Below are positions 49,564 to 60,653 of a stretch of 64,000 bases of DNA, one piece after another. The notes under the pieces are model-generated. The model made no database searches and was not told where the DNA came from. It worked only from the letters and a program-made list of their open reading frames with translations. The DNA is from Macrostomum hystrix (Eukaryota; Animalia; Platyhelminthes). Position numbers and translations under genes: made by a program. The stretch is from the NCBI GenBank assembly GCA_950097015.1, contig CATNEN010000035.1, positions 682,001-746,000 on the forward strand, written 5' to 3'. Every line of letters begins with the position of its first letter. The first letter of the stretch is position 1.

Positions 49564-52500
49564 CAGATCTGATTGGTCCTGTTTTGCCCGATGCCTCTTC
49601 TTACTTCGACTTTCCTGAGTTCTTACAGACTCCACGAAACCTTTACTACCTAATTTATTGGCCCTAAATCCTATTATCTCTTTTATCTGGTAGTATTCTA
49701 TTCGCTCTACTAATAGTAGATAATATTGACAACTTCGCCCCTAATGAACAGTGTTCCTCTGCCTTCACGTTTCGACTGCTTTCAAATGCTTTCGCATTGT
49801 AGACTTTGCTTGTGATTTGCTATTGTTGAATGTTTTTCTTTTCAGCACTACTATTCAAATGCCATAAGTATGCTTTGCAATGTGCCCGTTAACTATTATA
49901 AAAGTTCTGGTGTTTAAGCTAGTTGTGAAATTGATTTACAATCTACGTAATATATGTGACCTCACTATTCTGATGCATCGTTAATTTGTACGTCTAATGC
50001 CACACTTATTACACGTCTCAGTAGTACACTTAATTGTTCTCTGTTAAATGTTACGTTAGCTTCTATTTTTTGCTTTTCGTTCGCAGTAGATAAAATATTG
50101 TCTTATTCTTTGCTTTATTTTGTCCCTAGTTCAGTTATAGTTTCTTGCTTATCTGGCCGTACACAGAGCTGTGTACATGAAGTCATATGTATTAAGTCCG
50201 TTGATTTTGTCAGAGATTTTTAAATTGATGATTTATATTGGCCTAGCTAAAGCTGCATTGAATATGAATCTGAAACTTTATTTTAATTGTGGAATTAAAC
50301 CAATAAAATTCTGTCAACCAACAATTGCGGTATTATAAGCTATAAGTTTCATATCAATTTAACTTGATCATCTTTAAATTCTTTATCAAGTGATGCGTCA
50401 CGTTAAGCATGTTTCTGGGTAAAATACAAGGTATTTTCCGAGTCTTGAAGTAATGTGTATAATTTTAGGGAATACTATTAAGTTTTGCCCTCATTCACAA
50501 AGCACAAGTTTTTCTTTAAACATCTTTATTGTTTCCTAAGTTTGCTGTTCATTTATGAGCCAGTACTTTAGGAACAAACCTGCAGTAGTTATACGCCAAT
50601 TTGAGCAAAATTTCCATTGTTGGCAAACTACCTAATAATACTCCATTAAGAGTTTAACGATTCCCCAGAGCTGGTAATCTCTAATCCCTAATATTGCTCC
50701 CTTTATAATCAACAGGATTAAGAAGAGCTGACACGTCAATTATTTTTTCATTATTAAGCTAACCTATCAAATATTTTAGGCAATCAAATCGAAATGTTAA
50801 GTTTGATTTAAACGAAATGCGGAGATATACAAAACTACACTGTCCTTAACTTAACGTTAAGTTTAAAATAGGAATAAAATTGCGAGGCAAGGAGAGGACA
50901 ACAGTAATGTCTAGTCTTAATATCTCGGTAGAGAAGCAGATACTTATTTTTTCGCACTTGAACAGCACACTTCAGAGCTGTACTTCAGCAAGCCATGCTT
51001 TTATAGATTATCAAGCATTGAATTTATATATATAATGTAGAAAATCATACGAAAAATGTACTTCGATTTTGTTTTTTCTTAGTTGAGTGCTGCTCCAAGC
51101 ATTTTTTAAATAATCAGCGCCGTTAGTTTCTTAGAACACGAGAGAATAGTACTGCATCTTCTAAGTAAGTAACCCTGCGTTTACGAAGTTCAGCGTTTTG
51201 TCCTGCATGTCTTTTTCTGCATTTTTATAAAATATTTCGTGTTTTCACCGTTTTCCGAGTATAGCCACACTATCTTGATGCATATTGATGTCCATTGTGA
51301 CATATGTTAAGTCATAAATTACTAGAATACAGTATAACTAGCTGTAAGTAAAATTATACATTCATAAAAAATATCAAGTAAAAAACGGTTTTGTCGATAA
51401 AAGAAATTATCCTTGTTAAAAACTTTGTAAAAACTTCTATGCTACAGTAAAAATTGAGCTACTTAAGACTAAGTTCCTGAAACCATACAGATTTACAGAT
51501 ACAGTGAAACCATCATAGGCCTAAACCATGCAGAATAGGGCCTACAGTGCCCAGTGGAAAGTAAGCAGAAAATTTTCTAGGATATGTAAAATACATGTGT
51601 TTTGAAATTCTTAATTTACCTTTACTTAATAGCACATTGGATTATTATAATAAATTGTTTATTTTTTTAGCTATATGTACAGCAGTAGGCCTACAGATAG
51701 AACAAAGTGTCCAGGTAATTTGTCTAATTAGTCCAGGTAAATTTGTCCAGGTAACTGGACAAATAGCCATTTGATTATTCGTCTGGTTAACCAAGTTATA
51801 ACTTATAAGTAAGTTATAAGGGGTTGTAGCGCTACCCCGAGAACCTTTCATTTGTAAGATAAAATAATTAACAGGCTGCAAAAGGACAGTCATTCAATTT
51901 TGAAGTTTGTGTCTCAAATTATCTTCACTTAGGCCTATCAGCTAATTTAATAAATTAAAACCTTTTCCAGAAATTTGGTTGTTTCAGGGACTAACTTAGT
52001 TCAAGGGTATAGTTTGGTCTTTGTGAGGTCAAGACTCAAGATGGCTCTCAGCAGGGCAAGAGTGGTCTTTGGGAGGATTGTTGCTCCTGCTCATTGAAAG
52101 GGAAGAAATTAAGTCCTTGGGTGGTTAACCAGTTAACTGGACAAATAATCAAACCTTATTTTTTAGGTTTGCCTATGTAAAAATAATTTGATTTTGGCCT
52201 AGGTTCTAGACATTAAAAACGAGGAGGCAATAGTTGGCACCAATTCAAACTCAATGGTTTTGGCAATAAACATGTGACATGGCATGACTAGTTGGATCAA
52301 ATTCAGACTAATGCACCATATAATTAATTATAAAATTATGCAAAAGAAAGTGTAATTTAGGCCCCTAGGCCTATGAGTAACTATCAACAATTTTAAAGGT
52401 CTAAATTGATTTGGTCAATATATTTCACTATGTGTATATGTAACTATATATATAATTTTTTAATTCCTTATCACTTTTATTTTTAACAAAACTTTTTTAT

Positions 52501-54358
52501 CACATTCTATTTAGAATTGTTTCTTATAATATTCAAAAGAGCAGCTACATATATTGATAGGAGCTTTGTTACCTTAGTAACAAATTAGATTTAGTTTTTA
52601 ATATTAGCTTTACCTAGAGCTAGAGCCAAGGTCAGACAATATACCAAAAGTTTAATTTATTTATTTATTTAACTTATTTAATTTTAACTTCTTGACACAG
52701 TACAAATGAATCTTGAATTTATAATATCGTCAAATCATTTTTTTCTATTTTCTAAAAGGCCATTGTTTTTTAGATACTTTTCTAAAATATGGTCACTATA
52801 TATGCCAGGGGTAAACAAAATGGGCAGTTCCTCCACCTATGCTTCATATCTTCATTGGAATGTATTTGAGAGAAGTCACTTGACTATTCATATACTTTTT
52901 GTTGCAAACTGGATTTACAAATCTGGTAAACTGACCCAGTTCTTATTCTGGTTTTGATGTCTTACTGGAATTGCAGGTACTAATAAAGTACTGGAATTTC
53001 AATCAGTTTTCATTAGCAAACTGGATTTGTGTTCATGATTATGCAAGCTATATTGTTATCTTTTCGTTTTCAATTTTAGATGCTAAAAATAAATATTAAT
53101 TAAATAATGATTACTATTAAGAGTTCGAATTTTTGGGGATATCTGGAGATTGATTCCAACAGACAGCAGCCAATCTTTTTGACATGAGTTGCTATCCCAT
53201 CAAGCTATCTCTGGAATCCACCTTGTCGGCGGCACAAAACCTCTCCATATAGATTTGAAACTGTGTCACTCTCAATGTGAGGCCGCACCTATCATTTGTA
53301 TGCACAACTGACTTGGTTTTATTATGAGTCGGTTGTATTGCATACAAATGTTTGACTCCTATTGGCATGTAGTCAGTCACAGGTGTGTACTATAGTACCA
53401 CTGGTACAGCTGGGTGTCTAAGTCAGAATCTGTGGCATAATTCAGTTTTAGCAAGCCCAGTGAGATAAACACACCAATTTCTATTAAGACAGGTGCAATT
53501 CAGATTTAAGTAAGTATGCTCCAATAGTTTGTCTTAAGCAGCTGCAGTTTCAGATATGAGCTTAGTATTGAGTAGTCTGTCCTTGCTCTATTATAAACAG
53601 ACTACCTACTTCTGTTACCTGTGCTGTTACAACCTTGCTCTTTCCTTGCCTATTTAGATTTTCTTCCACTGCATCTCATAATAACTTTACTATTACTTAC
53701 ACACTCCATGCATTGACTACATAACATACTTAATTACTTACCACAGATTTAATACTATTATCTGCTGTCTGTAATATCTGTAATTCCCACTTTCTAGGAA
53801 ACACTTCTAAGAAAACTCCTATGCCAGTTCTGTGTTGTACTGTGTTGTAGCAAGCCAGTACTGATTTTTCTGTTAACACATCTGTTAGCAAATTGGGCAA
53901 CATGCCTGTTATTGGTTAAATTTCTAGATCTTACAGTTTAGCAAACCGGATTTAATTCTGTTTCACCTGGTAACAACTCTGGTACCTGTAGCATTTCGTA
54001 ACACAATTCTGGTTTTTAACTCTGCCACTAACAGAATACCATTACCAGATTTGACACTTGCGTACCATACTGGTCATCTTACCGGTCGAGCTACCGGTTA
54101 AGTTAGCCAGAGGGAATTTTGGGATAAGCTTTGTTGTATTTTTGTAGTCCTAAGGAGTTTAATTTTGTCACACTCTTGCTGATATTGCAGGAATGCGGTT
54201 TGTTAAATCTAATATTTCTTAGAATATATATGTATATATATTGCTATATATTCAATATTTTCACTTAACTTATCTGAACCTAAAACATTGGAAAAGATTT
54301 CTCATACATAGGATCAACTTTATACTATCATCACATTTTAAGCAAAAAAATATAAACA

Positions 54359-54904
54359 ATGTCTGTTGCTTATCTAAAAAACTGCGTCTCACTGACCAAT
54401 CGCTGCCTAATTGTCTGCTGGAATCGTTATTTAGCCAGGCTTGCCACCAGACAGCAGTCAACAAGCCTGACATTGTCACAATTCAGGAGCGCGCCAATTA
54501 GTCGACATCTGTGCTCATCAGTTGAGGCTCAAGTTAATAGGCAATCTAATTCATCAATAATTTGTTATAAATGCCTCAAACCAGGCCATCTGGCTAAGGA
54601 CTGTACGAGTTCTGGCCGATTGTGCCGCCGCTGCGGCCAGGAGGGTCACGTGACTAAGGACTGCCAGTCGCCAGTCCGGTGTCGACTCTGCGGCGATGAA
54701 GGCCACTTGGCGAAGGATTGCAAATCGTTTAAATTGCGTTGCTACAGATGCGGCCAACTGGGTCACATTGCCAAGGATTGTAAGTCTGCGGCTCTGTGCC
54801 TCAACTGCGGCCATGAGGGTCACATTGCGAAAGATTGCAAACTGCCTGTTCGGTGTCGCAACTGCGGCCAAGAGGGTCACATATCTACTAGCTGTCCGAA
54901 CTAA
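54359..54904 (+). CDS. Single-exon CNBP-like protein with six CCHC zinc knuckles and a mitochondrial-presequence-like N-terminus, 181 aa
   Basis: Six C-x2-C-x4-H-x4-C motifs with 5-6-residue linkers. A-rich ATG context. AATAAA at 54952. The first 55 aa have 7 K/R, no D/E, and end in RHLCSS. Confidence 0.85.
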   Translation: MSVAYLKNCVSLTNRCLIVCWNRYLARLATRQQSTSLTLSQFRSAPISRHLCSSVEAQVNRQSNSSIICYKCLKPGHLAKDCTSSGRLCRRCGQEGHVTKDCQSPVRCRLCGDEGHLAKDCKSFKLRCYRCGQLGHIAKDCKSAALCLNCGHEGHIAKDCKLPVRCRNCGQEGHISTSCPN

Positions 54905-55104
54905 CAATTGTTTATTTTTTATCCATTACTTTGGTTTTACTTTGAGCTTGAAATAAAAAGTTAGCACCTTGTTGAAATGATTTTTCATGTTTTCTGCCCA
55001 ACCTATTTTCTTTTGTAAATCGATCTATCAGTTTTAGCATAGCTGTTTCCTATGTTTCTACTGCCAGTAGTGAATTCAGCGATTTTTCCGATACATTTTT
55101 GCAG

Positions 55105-58100
55105 CCTACCGACGAGCTGCTAAAGTGCGGCCTGCTGTTCGAGCCGCCCACCCTGCTGCTGCTGTACAGACGGGGCGGTCTGCTTGGCCGGACACGGAAG
55201 CGATCCGTGCCCCTGGCGGCGCTGATGGCCGAGGCCAAGAAGGCCACCAACGAGCCTGAAGCTAACTATTCGCCGCGTGCACTCGCTGAAAGACTCAAAC
55301 AGGTGCGATTCAGTTCTGCCTTCGTTTTCTTTTCATCAAGTAATGTTTCTTATGCCTCATCGAAGTCGATATTCAGAATATATTATTGATTCCTAAATCA
55401 ATCACTTGATACCTAAATCCATCACTTGATCCCTAAACCATCACTTGATCCCTAAATCCATCAATTGATCCCCAAATCCATCACTTGATCCCTAAATCCA
55501 TCAATTGATCCCCAAATCCATAACTTGATCCCTAAATCCACCAATTGATCCCTAAATCCATCACTTGATCCCTAAATCCATCCATTGATCCCTACATCCA
55601 TCACTTGATCCCTAGATCCATCCATTGATCCCTACATCCATAACTTGATACCTAAATCCATCACTTGATCCCTAAACCCATCACTTGATCCCTAGATCCA
55701 TCCATTGATCCCTACATCCATAACTTGATACCTAAATCCATCACTTGATCCCTAAATCCATCACTTGATCCCTAAATCCATCCATTGATCCCTACATCCA
55801 TCACTTGATCCCTAGATCCATCCATTGATCCCTACATCCATAACTTGATACCTAAATCCATCACTTGATCCCTGAATCCATCAATTGATCCCCAAATCCA
55901 TCACTTGATCCCTAAATCCATAAATTGATCCCCAAATCCATCACTTGATCCCTAAATCTATCAATTGATCCCTAAATCCATCACTTGATCCCTAAATCCA
56001 TCCATTGATCCCTACATCCATAACTTTATCCCTAGATCCATAAATTGATCCCCAAATCCATCAATTGATCCCTATATCCATCAATTGATCCCTAAATCCA
56101 TCAATTGATCCCTAAACCCTTCAATGGATCCATTAATCCACCATTGACCCCAAATTAAACACCGATAATCTATTTTAAGCAATTGATACCGAAATCCTTA
56201 ACTAATTCCTAAATCCATCATTGATCTTAAATTCAATGTTGATTCCTAAATGGATCATTGATCCCTTAATTCAACATCGATCCGTAATTCACATTAATCC
56301 TTATGCCCACCACCGATCCAAAATTAAATATTGATCCTAAATCTATCATTTATCCGTAATTCAGTTCTAACCCAAAGTTCATAGTTGATCTTAATTAATA
56401 ATTATCCCAGGCTTTAAAATTTATTATGGATCCTAAATATTTCTTATCCCCAATCCATCATTGGTCCAAAAGTCTTAAAAGAATCCATGTATTTTAGCTA
56501 ATAGATTTTTTATTCTAATTCATCTTCTAAGGTTTTAATAATTGCCCTAAGTCAGCCAATCTGTTTCTATGTGCCCACTGCCCACTACCTTTTTCTATCG
56601 AAAAATGCAGGACAAGCGCCACGGGGATCTGATTAAGCAGGTGAGTCAGCTCCAGTTAGAGCGCCTACTGGCCATTGTCCGTGACGTCACAATAGGCGGC
56701 CTCAGCAAAGAGCAGAGCCTGGCCAAACAGCGCCAGATGGAGAAGATCGATCCGCTGGAGGATCTCAACAAGGTGGACGAAGAGACCCTGCAGCGAAAGA
56801 AGGCCGCAATGCAGGTGAGAACCAATGCAGGTGGTTAGGGTGTCGGAATCACGACTTCAAGGTCGGGGGTTCGACTCCCGACTCAAGTGGAACAAATTTT
56901 GTCCTTTAGCAAGACACTTAACTCTGCATTGCTTCAGTTCACCCAGCTGTTAAATGGGTACCAGCATTAGCTGAGATAATTTAAAGTGGGTGTGGCGTCC
57001 CCCAGTCCATGGACTGAACAGCTGAACGCAGCCTTCAGATGCGCCGCGCAATAGCTGCGGCTGTGCTGTCGCTTGCACATCTGGTCGACTTGGGGCAGGT
57101 GTAATAAATTATTTTATTATTCATATCGTGTCTCTATCCGAATCCTATTTAGAGGGTGGGGATAATTTTGTGTCGCTATCCGAATCCCATCTAGAGAATG
57201 GGGATTATTTAGTGTCCATATCCAAATCCCATCTAGAGAATGGGGATTATTTAGTGTCCATATCCAAATCCCATCTAGAGAATGGGGATTATTTAGTGTC
57301 CATATCCAAATCCCATCTAGAGAATGGGGATTATTTAGTGTCCATATCCAAATCCCATCTAGAGAATGGGGATTATTTAGTGTCCATATCCAAATCCCAT
57401 CTAGAGAATGGGATTATTTTGTGTCCATATCCAAATCCCATCTAGAGAATGGGGATTATTTAATGTCTATATCCTAATACTATCTAGAGAATGGGGATTA
57501 TTTAATGTCTATATCCAAATACCATCTAGAGAATGGGGATTATTTAATGTCTATATCCAAATACTATCTAGAGAATGGGGATTATTTAGTGTCTATATCC
57601 GAATCCCATCTAGAGAATGGGGATTATTTAGTGTCTATATCCGAATCCCATCTAGAGAATGGGGATTATTTTGTGTCGCTCTCCGAATCCCATCTAGAGA
57701 ATGGGGATTATTTTGTGTCTATATCCAAATACCATCTAGAGAATGGGGATTATTTAGTGTCTATATCCGAATCCCATCTAGAGAATGGGGATTATTTAGT
57801 GTCTATATCCGAATCCCATCTAGAGAATGGGGATTATTTTGTGTCGCTCTCCGAATCCCATCTAGAGAATGGGGATAATTTTGTGTCTCTATTCGAATCC
57901 GATCTAGACAATAGGGAAAAATTTATGTCGCTTTACAATTCCGATGGCAGATCCTTCCACACCCTTTCCATCCTATGTTATTTGCGGACATTCTGTCCCT
58001 CTAACTCCCAGCCTTTATAAAAGTCTATCTGAAGGTCATATTTCCTCAACTCTATGCGCTTGCAATGTGAAACAGATGTGAAAATATTTTCTTTCTTACG

Positions 58101-58395
58101 AGCTCAAACAGACGGCCCCTCACGTGCCATTGGCCCGCAGCCACTTCTTGAAAAATGACAAAATTGCTTTTTATAAATGCAAGCGCAAACCGTAAATACG
58201 CTTTTTAACTTGGGCCTCGACGCCTCTTTTACCGTCTACTAACTAACCCAGGAAGAGTTTGAGAAGCACCAACTCAAGCCAGGCGATCCCGGCTATGTCT
58301 ACGACAAGGAGGTGGACTTTGGAGCGGACGCTGGCGGCGGCTCCTCCGTTGAACACTGCGAATGGGACTCGGAAGACGACCAGAGCGGCTTCTGA
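55105..58395 (+). CDS. CEP19: Centrosomal protein 19 homolog; exons 55105-55302, 56611-56814, 58252-58395; initiator not found in the genomic sequence
   Basis: KCGLLFEPPTLLLLY, IDPLEDLNKVDEETLQRKKAAM and PGDPGYVYDKEVDF...CEWDSE match CEP19 motifs. Phase-0 GT-AG introns. Confidence 0.9.
55395..56150. repeat. Minisatellite, 20-nt unit (ATCCATCACTTGATCCCTAA, ~37 copies), CEP19 intron
   Basis: Direct inspection. It decays into degenerate units up to ~56460. Confidence 0.95.
56830..57105 (+). mobile_element. tRNA-derived SINE family B with CORE-like central domain, best copy
   Basis: B-box GGTTCGACTCC, followed by TGTCCTTTAGCAAGACACTTAACTCTGCATTGCTTCAGTTCACCCAGCTGTTAAATGGGTACC, which resembles the CORE/Meta-type SINE domains. 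Further copies or fragments at ~3965, ~7125(-), 8345, 20400(-), 28235 and 37705(-). Confidence 0.8.
57125..57900. repeat. Minisatellite, 42-nt unit (CTAGAGAATGGGGATTATTTAGTGTCCATATCCAAATCCCAT, ~18 copies), CEP19 intron
   Basis: Direct inspection. Confidence 0.95.
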
Positions 58396-58559
58396 TTGTT
58401 TGCTAAATTAGTTGCTTTTTATTGCTGATTGTTGCCTATACTGTCACAGTAAGCCTTCTTTGGTAAATAATTTGTAAAAAAATAACCTATTTTATTCTAT
58501 TTTTTGTATTACGAGCATTAATCAATGAATTAGGGGGTCATAGGCAGAACTGTCTAATG

Positions 58560-58870
58560 CGTTTGCCTGAGCTCGATTCCGCGAGCAGCCGCGGAGAGAA
58601 GGCTTGGGGGTTTGTCATGCAAATCGTGTAATTTAAGCCCTTGAGGGCCAACCTCCAAGGCACAGTGAGAGTGTACACTGCCTGACGATGAGAAGGTCCG
58701 AGCAGATGTACACACCTGTGTGAGTGTGTGCCTGCGTACGCTCTCTGTGCGTGTGTGCTCAGGAGTCAGCGAAATGGGCAGAATTGCCTCCTCGCTGGCT
58801 GCGGGTCTAGTGTCACTAAATAATGTGCCACTGCCCGCAGCCCTCCTGCAATTATTAATATTATTATTAT
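58560..58870 (+). mobile_element. SINE family A, 5'-truncated near-complete copy
   Basis: Colinear with 17486-17765 and ends in an (ATT)n tail. Confidence 0.8.
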
Positions 58871-59799
58871 CAACTAAAAAGGTAAATCATAGTTTATTGA
58901 TAACGGGCAAGATACATTTATACAGCTACAATAAATTCATGAAATTTGTAGAATTATTTAAGTGTAGCTAGCTGAGACTTGTTATTATTATTTTGTTATA
59001 CTGCGGTTTTTTCTAGGTTACATACAAGGCCACGTTTGTACGTCCTGGCGTTTTGTTTGGCAACAAGATTCAAGCTATGGCTAGACCCTCTCTATCCTTC
59101 TCTCTCTCTATTTTATATAATAATAATGAGAGAGCCAGGAGGGACAAGAAATGACAAGAGTTGCTCAAAGCAAAGCTAGTTTTGTCCTTCATTTGTTACT
59201 TGGGTTCGTTAAAAAGTCCTAATTACCTAAGCCCTAACCCCAGCCTCTCACTCTCCTGCCCTTCATCAAGTCAGTTCTTGTCTGCCGTCCGCATTGAAAC
59301 AGAGATTATCGTCTCTTTGATTGCGGGCCAACTATATTTAGAAACATTCACATAGCTTTAAATGTGAAAATTTTATAGTCGCTATGTGAAATAAAGTGCA
59401 CTGTTATTTGTCGATTTCCCATTTTCACATATAGCGCGCTGGTCGCTCGCTAGACATTCAATGTTATTAGTTCGTTCATCTTTCTGAATTTTCCAAATGG
59501 CTGTGCTAGACCTATCTTTACCAATGACATGTCCGTCCATTATTGTTTGTGAACTTCACCCACCTGTATTTTAAACCTTGGTTTTCCTAGAATTCAGCTT
59601 TAGTTTTTTTTGAGTCACTATTTTGTTTAGCTTCTTATGTCTAATTTCTAAATTATTGTGAATATCAATTGCTCGTTTTCACCACAGACCAATCTTTTTT
59701 GTTTTTTTGCTCTCTGTAATTTTAAACTTCTTATTGCATATCTGTTAATCAGATCAATATAGGCTGAGACAGACGTTAGAGAGGCAAATATTATCCAAC

Positions 59800-60475
59800 G
59801 CCATCATCCCAGATCCTCAGTTTGGGATCGCCACATCCCACATCCTCAGTTTGGGATCGCCACATCCCAGATCCTCAGGTTGGGATCGCCACCATCCCAG
59901 ATTCTCAGGTTGGGATCGCTACCATCCCAGATCCTCAGATTAGAATCGCCACATCCCAGATCCTCAGGTTGGGATCGCCACCATCCCAGATTCTCAGGTT
60001 GGGATCGCTACCATCCCAGATCCTCAGATTAGAATCGCCACAATCCCAGATCCTCAGGTTGGGATCGACACCATCCCAGATCCTCAAGATGGGATCGCCA
60101 CAATCCCAGATCCTCAAGTTGGGATCGCCACCATCCCAGATCCTCAGTTTGGGATCGCCACCATTTCAGATCCTGAGGTTGGGATCGCCACATCCCAGAT
60201 CCTCAGGTTGAGATCGGCACATCCCAGATCCTCAGGTTGGGATCGGCACACCCCAGATCCTCAAGTTGGGATCGCCACATCCCAGATCCTCAAGTTGGGA
60301 TCGCCACATCCCAGATCCTCAGGTTGGGATCGCCACCATCCCAGATCCTCAGGTTGGGATCGCCACCATCCCAGATTCTCAGGTTGGGATCGCTACCATC
60401 CCAGATCCTCAGATTAGAATCGCCACAATTACAGATCCTCAGGTTGGGATTGCCACAATCACAGATCCTCAGATA
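59800..60475. repeat. Minisatellite, 29-30-nt unit (CCATCCCAGATCCTCAGGTTGGGATCGCCA, ~22 copies) upstream of RAD17
   Basis: Direct inspection. Each unit contains the inverted repeat ATCCCA/TGGGAT. Confidence 0.95.
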
Positions 60476-60653
60476 GTATCTTGAGTGTTTTAGCCATCTG
60501 ATAAGATAAGCTTAAGTAGTGTTTGCAATGCTTATATTGTAAATTTATAACTCTCTAACAACCGAACTTCAGATGCGCTAGCTTAGATAATCTTCAGCAA
60601 TCGGAGCTTAACGACGGACCTGAGGACGCCCTAGTTACAGGAAATACAAAACA

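Noticed and set aside
49745-49800. Minus-strand TTGAAAGCAGTCGAAACGT resembling a Penelope-type hammerhead
   Set aside because: The CUGANGA box is absent and no stem I can be formed.
54359-54904. Interpretation of the CCHC ORF as a retrotransposon gag relic
   Set aside because: Six closely spaced knuckles, an intact ORF with its own poly(A) signal, and no capsid, protease, RT or LTR nearby.
56830-56890. tRNA gene (GGTTCGACTCC T-loop); similar motifs at ~7170, ~17490, ~20500, ~23130 and ~37865
   Set aside because: No complete cloverleaf or acceptor stem. Each motif runs into a SINE body.
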